IMG/VR virus record: IMGVR_UViG_3300022468_000772
Span: 150,224 to 198,204 of that record
Strand: one strand, 5' to 3'
DNA length: 47,981 bases
Source: a virus
Taxonomy: Duplodnaviria > Heunggongvirae > Uroviricota > Caudoviricetes
The translations under genes and the position numbers were made by a program. How positions within the stretch are numbered: the stretch's first letter is position 1; each line of letters opens with the position of its first letter. Shown here in pieces: positions 8,203 through 17,030 of the stretch. The notes beneath the pieces are model-generated. The model was not told where the DNA came from, ran no database searches, and saw nothing but the letters and a program-made list of their open reading frames with translations.

Positions 8203-9225
8203 TTATACACGATAATACGAGTTTTTGTAAGCCGGAAGAGGCATCACACCAGTCATTTCCATAATGATGTGGGTGTGATCATCAAAACCAGCGTACTTGG
8301 GATTGTTCAGGGCTTCAGAAATCAATACCCATTCGCATTCCATCGCATCATCTGCAGGGCGGAATTCAGGCAAAGAACCATCAGGATTTGGTTCAATCTT
8401 GATGTGGATGACCTGAGTGATCCGAGGAATACCACAACCACGGTTTGGATCATCAAAGGTGCGCCGAGCAACCACGGAACCACGGAGTACCTTTTCGGGA
8501 ACGCGCAGATTGGTTTCTTCAGTCAGTTCACGGAAAACACATTCCTCGAATGTTTCATTGTTGTTTTTGTGACCACCAGCAATAGCCCATGTGCCACGGC
8601 CCGGCAAACCACCACGCTTCACCATCAGCACGTGACCAGCGCACTCTACGAGAGCATCACCAGTGCAGAACTGCAGGGTTTCTGGATAAGGGTATGACGC
8701 AAACTTTTGACGTTCAGAGACAAAGTAATTCCAATCATCGTATACTTCTTGAGTAACCAATGACGGTGTGTTTTCAAAAATGTTTCGACGGAAAGTTGTG
8801 CCGTTAATAGTGATGTTGGATTCAATCTCAACATACTTGTATTTTGGGAACCACTTGAGATATCCGGTATCTTCCTTCGAGTGACCAAACATCAACACTT
8901 CAACTTCTTCTTCGTAGTGCATGCTGGTTGTGTATTCGATATACGAAGTGATATCTGTAATCCACTGGCTGTTGTTGTAGCGATAGTCGTTCTGTGGCAC
9001 AAAAACCACATTGGTGATACCTTCATGATCAAGAAACAGTTTGATAGCCTGCACACGCTCTGCGTATGTCCATGGATTCTTGATTGTGCGAGGGGCGTTG
9101 GCTGAACCAACAAAGATCACGAGTTTGTCACAGCGCTTGCGTGACTCACGAATAAAGTGCCTGTGTCCAGTGTGCAAACCTGAAAACCGACCAACAATGT
9201 AACCTACACGGTACTTATTTTGCAT
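8203..9225 (-). CDS. nadM: bifunctional NMN adenylyltransferase / Nudix (ADP-ribose pyrophosphatase), NadM-Nudix/NatV type
   Basis: GRFSGLHTGH (HxGH), KNPWTYAER, and Nudix box GGHKNNNETFEECVFRELTEETN. Confidence 0.94.
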   Translation of the reverse strand: MQNKYRVGYIVGRFSGLHTGHRHFIRESRKRCDKLVIFVGSANAPRTIKNPWTYAERVQAIKLFLDHEGITNVVFVPQNDYRYNNSQWITDITSYIEYTTSMHYEEEVEVLMFGHSKEDTGYLKWFPKYKYVEIESNITINGTTFRRNIFENTPSLVTQEVYDDWNYFVSERQKFASYPYPETLQFCTGDALVECAGHVLMVKRGGLPGRGTWAIAGGHKNNNETFEECVFRELTEETNLRVPEKVLRGSVVARRTFDDPNRGCGIPRITQVIHIKIEPNPDGSLPEFRPADDAMECEWVLISEALNNPKYAGFDDHTHIIMEMTGVMPLPAYKNSYYRV

Positions 9226-9272
9226 TTGCGAAACTCCTTCTTTAATGCTTGTTTACGAAAGTATTTATCTAT

Positions 9273-9500
9273 TCAATTGATACCACCAAAATGATTTTTG
9301 ATTCGATACCAAATTTCATTGGCAGCTTGTTTTCCATGAGCAGTTCTTTGATTTTGCGATTCATTATCGGCAATCGTCATACACTCACGAATGATTGTGT
9401 CAGCAAAAGCCACCAACTCTTCTTTTCTGAGTTCTGCGCTTTGATGTGTATTATACCGCAAAGGCGAACGATCAATTATAGCAGCAATGTTTTTGTTCAT
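9273..9500 (-). CDS. hypothetical protein (FAxxIIxEC family)
   Basis: 75 aa; resembles 2553..2759. Confidence 0.7.
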   Translation of the reverse strand: MNKNIAAIIDRSPLRYNTHQSAELRKEELVAFADTIIRECMTIADNESQNQRTAHGKQAANEIWYRIKNHFGGIN

Positions 9501-9505
9501 TTAAA

Positions 9506-9751
9506 TCACCAAGTATTGGCATCCAAGATGATGACGGTGTGTTCTGGTCGATCACCGGTATCGTCATCAACAGGAAAGTTTTCATCCTGCCAATGGCTAC
9601 CGTCACGGCAGTTACCAAAATATGGCTGATCCAAGTATACATCATCGAGTGCCAACATGTAGTCGTCTTTTGCTCGAATTGCAAGTGGCTTATCGGTGGG
9701 AATGTCGTTTTCCTTGGCCCACTTAACCAGATCATCAATAGTAATACACAT
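9506..9751 (-). CDS. hypothetical protein
   Basis: Start moved to the ATG at 9751, just after the upstream TAA; 81 aa. Confidence 0.6.
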   Translation of the reverse strand: MCITIDDLVKWAKENDIPTDKPLAIRAKDDYMLALDDVYLDQPYFGNCRDGSHWQDENFPVDDDTGDRPEHTVIILDANTW

Positions 9752-9752
9752 T

Positions 9753-10079
9753 TTACTTACGCAGCCTTCCATAGGTTTCTTTTTTCCACTGTGCAACTTT
9801 CTTTCCAGAATCTGGATACCAATGTTGCGCCGGTACAGCTTCTTGAGGTTCGATCACAATAATTTGTTTGAAAGCCTCAATTAGACTGACACTATTATCC
9901 GAGGGAGTACCATCAACAAGAACAAGTGTCTTATCGTTTACCTTTACACCACTAGACAGCTTCAGACGCATAGCGATTTCAGCAGAAGATTGTTCCAAGG
10001 CAATCCACTCGACTACCTTTACATTTTCGTCATCGTAGTGACCGTCTTCATTTCCAATCGATTCGATATTGACTTCCAT
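9753..10079 (-). CDS. hypothetical protein
   Basis: 108-aa ORF, tight packing. Confidence 0.6.
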   Translation of the reverse strand: MEVNIESIGNEDGHYDDENVKVVEWIALEQSSAEIAMRLKLSSGVKVNDKTLVLVDGTPSDNSVSLIEAFKQIIVIEPQEAVPAQHWYPDSGKKVAQWKKETYGRLRK

Positions 10080-10080
10080 G

Positions 10081-10695
10081 TTACATCCTGTGTCTAAATG
10101 ACTGTTTCACATCAAAACCATGTGATACGGTCTTTTCTTTGTCAGACTGCATTGTACCAGAAATTTCCACCACTGGAGTCAAAACATTGCGCTTGTAGTC
10201 TTCAATCCGGTGATAGACTTTTTCAGGATCGGTTTCAATCTTATCAAAACCAATATCTTTGAGAGTTGGAATCCAGAATTCACCGGCACCCAAACCAGAA
10301 GTACATTGAAACACTGGTTCGTTGTACTTCATAGCAATTGCTTTTAGACGATCTACACTTCCAGTATATCTTTCGATACAGCTTCCCCATTTCCATTTAC
10401 CTCTACAGTGAAAACATTCACCGCAAGGTGTTGGGTCAACATATTTCACTACCTTGCCTTCATCCATCAGATATGCATCACCACAAAAAAAGAGCCAGTC
10501 ATACCAGCGTCTTGATTTAAATGGTAAATTAGGAACTTCAATGGAACGTGGAAATTCACCTTCTCCATTCATTATCTTTTTTGTATCGACCGACCGGTGA
10601 CGCAAGTAAACAAACTTGGGGTCACCGCCACCATATTGCCAAGCAATATAGTCATAGTAGTCTTTAAAATTTGACTGAATTCGAATTTTGGTCAC
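10081..10695 (-). CDS. hypothetical protein
   Basis: 204 aa, GTG start; N-terminal KDYYD and C-terminal HGFDVKQSFR; function unknown. Confidence 0.75.
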   Translation of the reverse strand: MTKIRIQSNFKDYYDYIAWQYGGGDPKFVYLRHRSVDTKKIMNGEGEFPRSIEVPNLPFKSRRWYDWLFFCGDAYLMDEGKVVKYVDPTPCGECFHCRGKWKWGSCIERYTGSVDRLKAIAMKYNEPVFQCTSGLGAGEFWIPTLKDIGFDKIETDPEKVYHRIEDYKRNVLTPVVEISGTMQSDKEKTVSHGFDVKQSFRHRM

Positions 10696-10707
10696 CTATT
10701 AATAAAA

Positions 10708-12024
10708 TTAAACCAATTCTAACATAGAACTGTACCGATCTTCCGGCTTTGTTGCCATAATAATCTTTAGGTCTGCATATTTCGCTAAGATGTCTTTTTT
10801 AAGCAATTCAACTTCATCGATAGTGCATGAATACAACGGTATACCAGCAAGGCGTCTTGCGTCAGCATCGTCAGATACATTTGAAACAATCCAGTCTTCC
10901 AGTTCTTTCTTTGACATACCACTTGGCACCAATTCTTTTTTGGTGATTGCCTGAATGAACTGAAGTCGCCAATTCATACGCTTGATGTTATCTTTGGCAG
11001 TCTTAATTTCCCATTCGATCTTATCACCGCATTTCTTAATGCGATATTTTACAAAGTAGTCGATCAGTTCATGCGGCCCCGAGAACTGCACCAGTTTGTG
11101 ATCCGTACCAATCAGGTTCCATTGTTCAGTCACAGGTTTTTGTAACTTGAAATACTTGATAGGGTCTTTGTCGATCAGTTCACGCGCAGACAGAGACACC
11201 TTCACGTGGAAACAGAAACCAGTCTTCGAGCATTCATCACTGAAGCCTTTGATCAATTCCTTTTCTTCCATTTCTGCCAGTATTTGAACGTAATCTGCAC
11301 GATCATAACCGATAGGTAGTTCACTCACTTCATAGGTGTATTTTCCAATGTATTTGACAATACCAGTTGTCGCATACTTGTTGCCTTCGATATGACTTAC
11401 CTCACCACGAAAATCTGGGAATGTGGGTAGGATTGGCTTTGCTTCGTTAAGAAACTTAGCAGGGTCTTTCAGATAGGTTCGAACAGCCTTTGTAACGTCT
11501 TTGATGCTACGGGGAAGCACAGTGTGCTTGTACCCCACGGCGATACCGTCAGACCCGTTTACAAGTGCCCATGGAATGATAGGCAGATAGTGTGCTGGCT
11601 CTGGATCATCAATAGATTTGTTTTGCGGCAGAACTTCTTCATCAGCAAAATACTTTTTGAAAATAGCACTCAGCGATGCGTAGATGTAACGTGGCGATGC
11701 AGACTCTTGCACCAGTCGAGAACCAAACGATCCATGGTGTTCAAACACTGCAGCATTGTTCTTATACGGTGCAGCCATATTGACACATGCAGATGCTGCA
11801 GATGCTTCGCCATGGGCATAGTTTACAGAGCTAAGAGAACCAGAAATTTCAGCAATCTTTACCTTGCCTGTCTTATGGTTCTTTAACATCGAATAGATTA
11901 GTTTTCGACCAACAATCTTCTGTCCATCAATAGCGGATGGTAACGCACGAGACTCCAACACATACATTGCGTATGACTTGAAATCCTTGTCGATAATATC
12001 TTTCAGCGAACGCTTAACAATCAT
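10708..12024 (-). CDS. gp52: DNA topoisomerase II medium subunit (GyrA/ParC-like)
   Basis: SRALPSAIDGQK, YAHGEAS, GSFGSR, SPRYI (catalytic Tyr), LVNGSDGIAVG. Confidence 0.96.
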   Translation of the reverse strand: MIVKRSLKDIIDKDFKSYAMYVLESRALPSAIDGQKIVGRKLIYSMLKNHKTGKVKIAEISGSLSSVNYAHGEASAASACVNMAAPYKNNAAVFEHHGSFGSRLVQESASPRYIYASLSAIFKKYFADEEVLPQNKSIDDPEPAHYLPIIPWALVNGSDGIAVGYKHTVLPRSIKDVTKAVRTYLKDPAKFLNEAKPILPTFPDFRGEVSHIEGNKYATTGIVKYIGKYTYEVSELPIGYDRADYVQILAEMEEKELIKGFSDECSKTGFCFHVKVSLSARELIDKDPIKYFKLQKPVTEQWNLIGTDHKLVQFSGPHELIDYFVKYRIKKCGDKIEWEIKTAKDNIKRMNWRLQFIQAITKKELVPSGMSKKELEDWIVSNVSDDADARRLAGIPLYSCTIDEVELLKKDILAKYADLKIIMATKPEDRYSSMLELV

Positions 12025-13833
12025 TTACTCACCCATCCATTCTTTACGACCATCGGCATCATCACCAAATGCCATTTCTAAAATTCTCGGATCAAACCCT
12101 GTCACACACTCAAGGTATGGATCGTTAACCACCTTCGAGTATACATCTTCAGGCATGGAACCCAGACCTTTGTAGTAGCTCACATCCCATCCAGTTGCAT
12201 CAAACTCTGCATACTCTTCATAGGTGTAAAAGAACTTGTCTGTCTTACCTTTTTTACAGTGGAAGAGTGGTGCCTTCAATCGATAGATACGCTCTTCCTC
12301 GTACAGTTCAGGCCACAATGAAAACAGGTTCAGCAGCAAGCAGAAGATGTGTGATCCATCGGTATCCGAGTCGGTAAACACTACGATCTTACCATAATTA
12401 AGATTCCTTGCAGGTTCACCGATCTTCAAACCGATAACACTCATAAGCTCACGAATCTCTACATTCTTCATGATTTCCAGAGGTCGCAAACCATTGATGT
12501 TCAATACCTTACCCTTGAGTGGATATCCACCGGTAGTTCTGGCATTGCGAACATTGATCAGGCTGGAGATAGCACTTAGACCTTCACATAAAAGTAGCAT
12601 ACGCTTTTCGATGATTGGGTCAGTAGCAGCAATGTGATTGATGACAATTTTCTTCTTACCATCTTTCTCTTTCTTCGCCAGTTCACGCGCCTCTTCTAGC
12701 TCTCGCTTGTAGAGAATAGCCTGAATGATTGGATCAATGATAGCAGGTGTGTCGATCAGCTTTTTGCCGATTTTATCGAAGTCTACATCCTTGAAGAAAG
12801 CAGAAATTTCCGCAGTCGTGTTTGTGATTCGCTCTTTTGATTGACTATCAAATTTGAGAGCAGGAAAGTCTTTGATCCACGAAGCAAACATGATGTTGGC
12901 TTTGATTGCGGCAGGCATCACATCAATCTTGTGCTTTTTCTTGATGAATGCGCGGATCGATTCTGCAACTTTATTCATCACAAAGTCAACATGAGCGCCA
13001 CCTTGTGATACCCGAATACCGTTTGCACATGCCAGTACATACGACTCTGTTTTACCCGCTGGAGCAAAGATAAAGAGGATGTTAGGATACTCGAACGAAA
13101 CCGCATCATTGCTAAAGTTTGCAGCAATCTCACGTGTGCTTTTTGCTCGAATCGGTTTACCGTTGAAGGTGTAAGTGATATCACGATAGGTGATAGCCAG
13201 ATTTACCAATCGATCCATAACCATAGATTCATGATCTGCATCGAATGTCGAAAGACCGAATCGCGCCAAGTCAGGAACAAAGGAAACAGTTGTTCCTTGT
13301 TGGCTGCTTTTCTTTTTGGTGAATTTGATATCACTCATGTTGTCGCGACAGGTAACTTCCATGGTGTTCTTACCATCGGATGTTGTACCAATAAATTCGA
13401 TTGAGAAAATATTGGTCAGTGCTGCACCCATACCGTTTGTTCCGGCACCAACACGTTTCGAGTCATCGAAATTGCTACCAGCACGGAGCGCTGTCCATGC
13501 TAAAACGGGTCTAGGCTTGTTATTTACCAATTCCTGTGGAATACCCCTACCGTTGTCAGAAATCGTCACCTGAGTGCCTTCTAGCGTTTCTGTGACGCTA
13601 ATATCGATCTTGTTGGCATACTTGCCACCAGTTCGGATGAATTCATCGGTGGAGTTATCAATAATTTCTGAAATTATCTTGAGCAGACCGGATGCCACGG
13701 TTTTGGTCTGTACGGTATAGTTGTAAATTCCGGTAACGGGTTCGGGTGTGCAGGAGCCGATGTACACGCCCGGCCGCAGCAACACATGTTCCCTGTCACT
13801 CAGTTCTTTAAATTCTTCTGTCATTGTTGTCAT
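12025..13833 (-). CDS. gp39: DNA topoisomerase II large subunit (gp39+gp60 fused, GyrB/ParE-like)
   Basis: EHVLLRPGVYIGS, EIIDNS, DNGRGIP, GTNGMGA ATPase motifs; TOPRIM EGLSA, DSDTDG, YYKGLGS; start at the TAATG overlap. Confidence 0.96.
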   Translation of the reverse strand: MTTMTEEFKELSDREHVLLRPGVYIGSCTPEPVTGIYNYTVQTKTVASGLLKIISEIIDNSTDEFIRTGGKYANKIDISVTETLEGTQVTISDNGRGIPQELVNNKPRPVLAWTALRAGSNFDDSKRVGAGTNGMGAALTNIFSIEFIGTTSDGKNTMEVTCRDNMSDIKFTKKKSSQQGTTVSFVPDLARFGLSTFDADHESMVMDRLVNLAITYRDITYTFNGKPIRAKSTREIAANFSNDAVSFEYPNILFIFAPAGKTESYVLACANGIRVSQGGAHVDFVMNKVAESIRAFIKKKHKIDVMPAAIKANIMFASWIKDFPALKFDSQSKERITNTTAEISAFFKDVDFDKIGKKLIDTPAIIDPIIQAILYKRELEEARELAKKEKDGKKKIVINHIAATDPIIEKRMLLLCEGLSAISSLINVRNARTTGGYPLKGKVLNINGLRPLEIMKNVEIRELMSVIGLKIGEPARNLNYGKIVVFTDSDTDGSHIFCLLLNLFSLWPELYEEERIYRLKAPLFHCKKGKTDKFFYTYEEYAEFDATGWDVSYYKGLGSMPEDVYSKVVNDPYLECVTGFDPRILEMAFGDDADGRKEWMGE

Positions 13834-14774
13834 TAACAAATTACCATTTCATCATCGATATCAATAAAATCTTCTGGCCTGTCTTTTGTTTCTGTTTTGA
13901 TCTTCCCACCAATCAGCTTCAAGCCATAGTTGTTGACCTTCGGTAATCCCGAAACATCAACAATCTTCTTTAATTTATTCTCACTCTTGAAGCGCGAGTA
14001 ATCCACGTGGTGATGCCAACGGTTAAACTTCCAGACCACCTTTGCAACGTCTGGATGCATGTCTTCCAACATCTGTGATTTGGGCAGTGTACCCTCATTC
14101 GCATAAAACTCTTCGGTGTTGCCACCTTTCATGCGCTGAGTTGTCACCTTACCCTGTAGGAATGCATTGAACTGGATTGTACAGTATCCGGCCTTGAGGA
14201 TTCGTAAGCTAAGGTCAGTATCTTCATTGTATCGACCACGCCAACGGAAAGGGATATCATTCTGGATAAACAGACATGAGTAGATGCGGGTATTGATTGT
14301 AAAGGGTGGAACTGCGTCAGTTGACTTGCAGAACGAATAGTAGTTCAAACCGGCAAGTGGCACATTCGAGTAACGAGCTACAAAGTCTTCTGCAGCCTTG
14401 AATATGACGCCACTTTTCACTTCCAGTTTCTGGTTGCGATTCAGGTAGTGGAATGCATCGATATTGTCATCCAAAACCCAATGGTGGGTGAATCCGAGGC
14501 TGATGGAGTGATCCCATGCGAAGTTACGAGCAGCGCCCGGCCCCTTACCCTTGGTGAACCCCAAATCATCAAACGTGTCGTATTCGTCTAAGTAACTCTG
14601 CGGCAACACAATCACTGTGCCACCCAAATTCGCATCTTCGTAAAGTTGTCGCTGTGATTCTTCAACCACAATGTAAAACGGCACATTCATATCTTGCAAT
14701 GCACGTGCCGTAATACATCTTTCCCAACGATTCTTCGATACGATATAAACTGGATATCGTGGATTGACTATCAT
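13833..14774 (-). CDS. TET-associated/GREB1-like glycosyltransferase (TAGT, GT-A fold)
   Basis: PVYIVSKNR, GPGAARN, WVLDDNI (DD motif), YSCLFI, RWRGRYNEDTDLSLR; start moved to the ATGA overlap at 14774. Confidence 0.75.
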   Translation of the reverse strand: MIVNPRYPVYIVSKNRWERCITARALQDMNVPFYIVVEESQRQLYEDANLGGTVIVLPQSYLDEYDTFDDLGFTKGKGPGAARNFAWDHSISLGFTHHWVLDDNIDAFHYLNRNQKLEVKSGVIFKAAEDFVARYSNVPLAGLNYYSFCKSTDAVPPFTINTRIYSCLFIQNDIPFRWRGRYNEDTDLSLRILKAGYCTIQFNAFLQGKVTTQRMKGGNTEEFYANEGTLPKSQMLEDMHPDVAKVVWKFNRWHHHVDYSRFKSENKLKKIVDVSGLPKVNNYGLKLIGGKIKTETKDRPEDFIDIDDEMVIC

Positions 14775-15004
14775 TCTACAATGTAGTGCCCTGTTGAATT
14801 TCCCCAATGTGATCTAAATGGAAACCATACAGATTTTGTTTTAGGGGTGAGTTTTTGACCCAAAAGAATCGCCAGCTTTTCTAGGTCTTCTTTTGAATCT
14901 ACTCGAACAATAATTTTCGCGTATGGTTCCTGCTTTTCCTGTACAAACTCAGGCATGGCTACCCATTCTGAGTCTGCATTGAAAATGTCAGTTTCTATTT
15001 CCAT
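14771..15004 (-). CDS. small protein typically found next to phage TAGT glycosyltransferases
   Basis: EWVAMPEFVQE...IIVRV...LGQKLTPKTKSVWFP; translationally coupled to the glycosyltransferase. Confidence 0.65.
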   Translation of the reverse strand: MEIETDIFNADSEWVAMPEFVQEKQEPYAKIIVRVDSKEDLEKLAILLGQKLTPKTKSVWFPFRSHWGNSTGHYIVE

Positions 15005-15006
15005 TT

Positions 15007-15453
15007 TCAGTAGGTTGCTGCCTTGTTGGTGTCATGAATGATTTCAAAAAGAACATTTGAAATGAATGCATGCTTGAAATCCATCAAAGTCATTTCATCC
15101 AACACATGGTCGCTGATCATGTCAGACAGAATATGTTTAAAGTTAGATGCAGGCAATACACCTACTTTAGCTTTGTCATTCCCATACCCAACAACACTTG
15201 TTCCGTTGGAAATTGGAGTCATATCAAATGCGACATGACTGTTGATATCACCCAGACCATTTTGGATGGCAGAAAGCAGACGAGTTGACGCAACATTACG
15301 TCCTTCAGACTTCACGTACAGATCAGTGTGATACAGGTTTGTCCATGCAAACACGATTTGGTCTTCATCACGATGATATGCAATCGTGAAGCGAGGGAAA
15401 AAAATGTCATCATGGTTACCATGGACAAAGCGGATTTTGTTTGAGAGTTGCAT
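15007..15453 (-). CDS. hypothetical protein
   Basis: 148-aa ORF. Confidence 0.7.
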   Translation of the reverse strand: MQLSNKIRFVHGNHDDIFFPRFTIAYHRDEDQIVFAWTNLYHTDLYVKSEGRNVASTRLLSAIQNGLGDINSHVAFDMTPISNGTSVVGYGNDKAKVGVLPASNFKHILSDMISDHVLDEMTLMDFKHAFISNVLFEIIHDTNKAATY

Positions 15454-15454
15454 G

Positions 15455-15691
15455 TTAATTTCCTTTTAGGTGTTTGTATTGAATTGAATCCACGAGTTTA
15501 GCATCATTTTTCAACAACGCAAGCTCTTTCAGGTTTTTAATTTGCTCTCGCAAATTTTTTATTGTCTTGTTGCGAAAATGTATCGCACCAATGGCAATTT
15601 CTAAGTTCACTTCTGCTGAATGAAACATAGAAGTAAACTCCCGTGTTACGCGCCGAAGTTCGTCATCTTCATTTGGGTCAATTGTAATCAT
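15455..15691 (-). CDS. hypothetical protein
   Basis: 78 aa, coupled to neighbours. Confidence 0.6.
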   Translation of the reverse strand: MITIDPNEDDELRRVTREFTSMFHSAEVNLEIAIGAIHFRNKTIKNLREQIKNLKELALLKNDAKLVDSIQYKHLKGN

Positions 15692-16041
15692 GGAAAACTC
15701 ACTTTCTTTTCGAAAATCACTTCACCAGTAAATCGATCAGTACACTTAACCGATGCTGTTCCTTCCCACTTCAATTCTTCTTCGCACATGAATAATGCTT
15801 TGGATTTTCGCTGCACGACAGCAGTGTCATTTTCACCATCGATAGAAGTGAATTCGAGTAGGTATCCAGTTTGTGATGAAGTCAAAATCTCAGTGAATCT
15901 TTCGATCCACTCGACAGGCACATCTTTACTGAGTGCATTAACCCATGGCACATACTTACCGGTTTTATCTGTTTTTCCAACAGATGCATTAAAACCGGCC
16001 TTCTTAGCCATGGCAATAATTTGTTCACGTTGAAATGTCAT
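15688..16041 (-). CDS. hypothetical protein
   Basis: 117 aa, ATGA overlaps at both ends. Confidence 0.7.
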   Translation of the reverse strand: MTFQREQIIAMAKKAGFNASVGKTDKTGKYVPWVNALSKDVPVEWIERFTEILTSSQTGYLLEFTSIDGENDTAVVQRKSKALFMCEEELKWEGTASVKCTDRFTGEVIFEKKVSFP

Positions 16042-16355
16042 TTTGCCCTCAATACAGGAACACAGACTGGTTCGATGTAGGTAGAAGCTGCAGACGCTCC
16101 AAATGCTTTATCAGCATCCTCTTTAGTGGCAAATACTAGAAAGAATGTCTTGTTGGCTACAACCCACACGTAATCTGGTGGATCGACAGGTTTGACAGGA
16201 GTAACCATCAGCGCATCAGTACACTGAAGAATTGCTTTGTAAACGGCGTCTTCATCAAAAGACATGCCACCATCTGCACCAACAGCGTCACTGTCAACTG
16301 TGCATGTGCCCAAGGCTGCTATAGCAGCCAATAATGCGTTTTTTTCTTTACTCAT
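16038..16355 (-). CDS. hypothetical protein
   Basis: 105-aa ORF. Confidence 0.65.
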   Translation of the reverse strand: MSKEKNALLAAIAALGTCTVDSDAVGADGGMSFDEDAVYKAILQCTDALMVTPVKPVDPPDYVWVVANKTFFLVFATKEDADKAFGASAASTYIEPVCVPVLRAK

Positions 16356-16358
16356 ATT

Positions 16359-16550
16359 TCATTCAAAAGATACCAAGTTACCAACAGCATCGAGAGTCAA
16401 AGTGCCAGTCAGACCACGAGAAGCCACACGGCTTTCCAGTGCGTACAAAGGATTTACACAATTCAGAATCTCAGCCAGCTTGCACATGGAGAACCAGTTC
16501 AGGTTCAGGTTTTTCAGTGCTGCGTTAGTTGTGATGTTGAAAGTTTGCAT
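16359..16550 (-). CDS. hypothetical protein
   Basis: Second ATG (16550) preferred because GGAG lies upstream of it; first gene after the promoter at 16577. Confidence 0.6.
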   Translation of the reverse strand: MQTFNITTNAALKNLNLNWFSMCKLAEILNCVNPLYALESRVASRGLTGTLTLDAVGNLVSFE

Positions 16551-16576
16551 TTGAATCTCCATGTTACGATGGATGA

Positions 16577-16605
16577 ATTATAACACAGAAAATTGTCTGT
16601 GTAGA
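16577..16605 (-). promoter_or_regulatory. early-type promoter (TCTACA-N17-TATAAT, extended -10)
   Basis: TCTACA...TGTTATAAT followed by TCATCCATCGTAAC. Confidence 0.75.
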
Positions 16606-16612
16606 TTTATTT

Positions 16613-16927
16613 TCAACTTTCTTCACTAAGTTTTTCAATAACCACTGGAAGCCTATACTGCATCCAAAGAAAGTCGTCAGTGTTGTTCCAGTTTTTCACT
16701 GTCTGCAACACATCCTGAAGTGTCTTTATAGCCAACTCAATCTTTTGGTCGCTACCAGTCTCTCGATAGAAAGGGCCTTGAATCCAATAAGGATTTCCTT
16801 TGCACCAGATGTCGTTTTCGCCATGGTCAGATGTCTCCACGACCTTTTTACACACTGGACAGAATAGGAACCCATCACCAAGTTCCTCGACTTCAATCTT
16901 CGCTGTATTTGTGTTTTCGTTTTCCAT
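16613..16927 (-). CDS. hypothetical protein with Cys pair (possible Zn-binding)
   Basis: Start moved to MENENT; FCPVCKK...WC. Confidence 0.6.
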   Translation of the reverse strand: MENENTNTAKIEVEELGDGFLFCPVCKKVVETSDHGENDIWCKGNPYWIQGPFYRETGSDQKIELAIKTLQDVLQTVKNWNNTDDFLWMQYRLPVVIEKLSEES

Positions 16928-17030
16928 GTTTGGCCTTGTGTTTCTTGGAGTTCTCAACCTTGTATTTGTTGAACTGCATAGCGTTTTTCGCAACAAGGTT
17001 TCGACGTTTTGGTTCTTTATTCTTTTTCAT
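16893..17030 (-). CDS. small basic protein (45 aa, not in ORF track)
   Basis: MKKNKEPKRRNLVAKNAMQFNKYKVENSKKHKAKHGKRKYKHSED; RNxVAK...KxK pattern common among small phage proteins. Confidence 0.6.
   Translation of the reverse strand: MKKNKEPKRRNLVAKNAMQFNKYKVENSKKHKAKHGKRKHKYSED

Noticed and set aside
12025-13833. gp39 and gp60 in a single ORF
   Set aside because: The fused form is the usual state in T4-like phages; T4's split is the exception
14775-14807. ORF-track N-terminal extension MGKFNRALHCR of the glycosyltransferase
   Set aside because: It overlaps the upstream gene; the ATGA-coupled start at 14774 is more plausible
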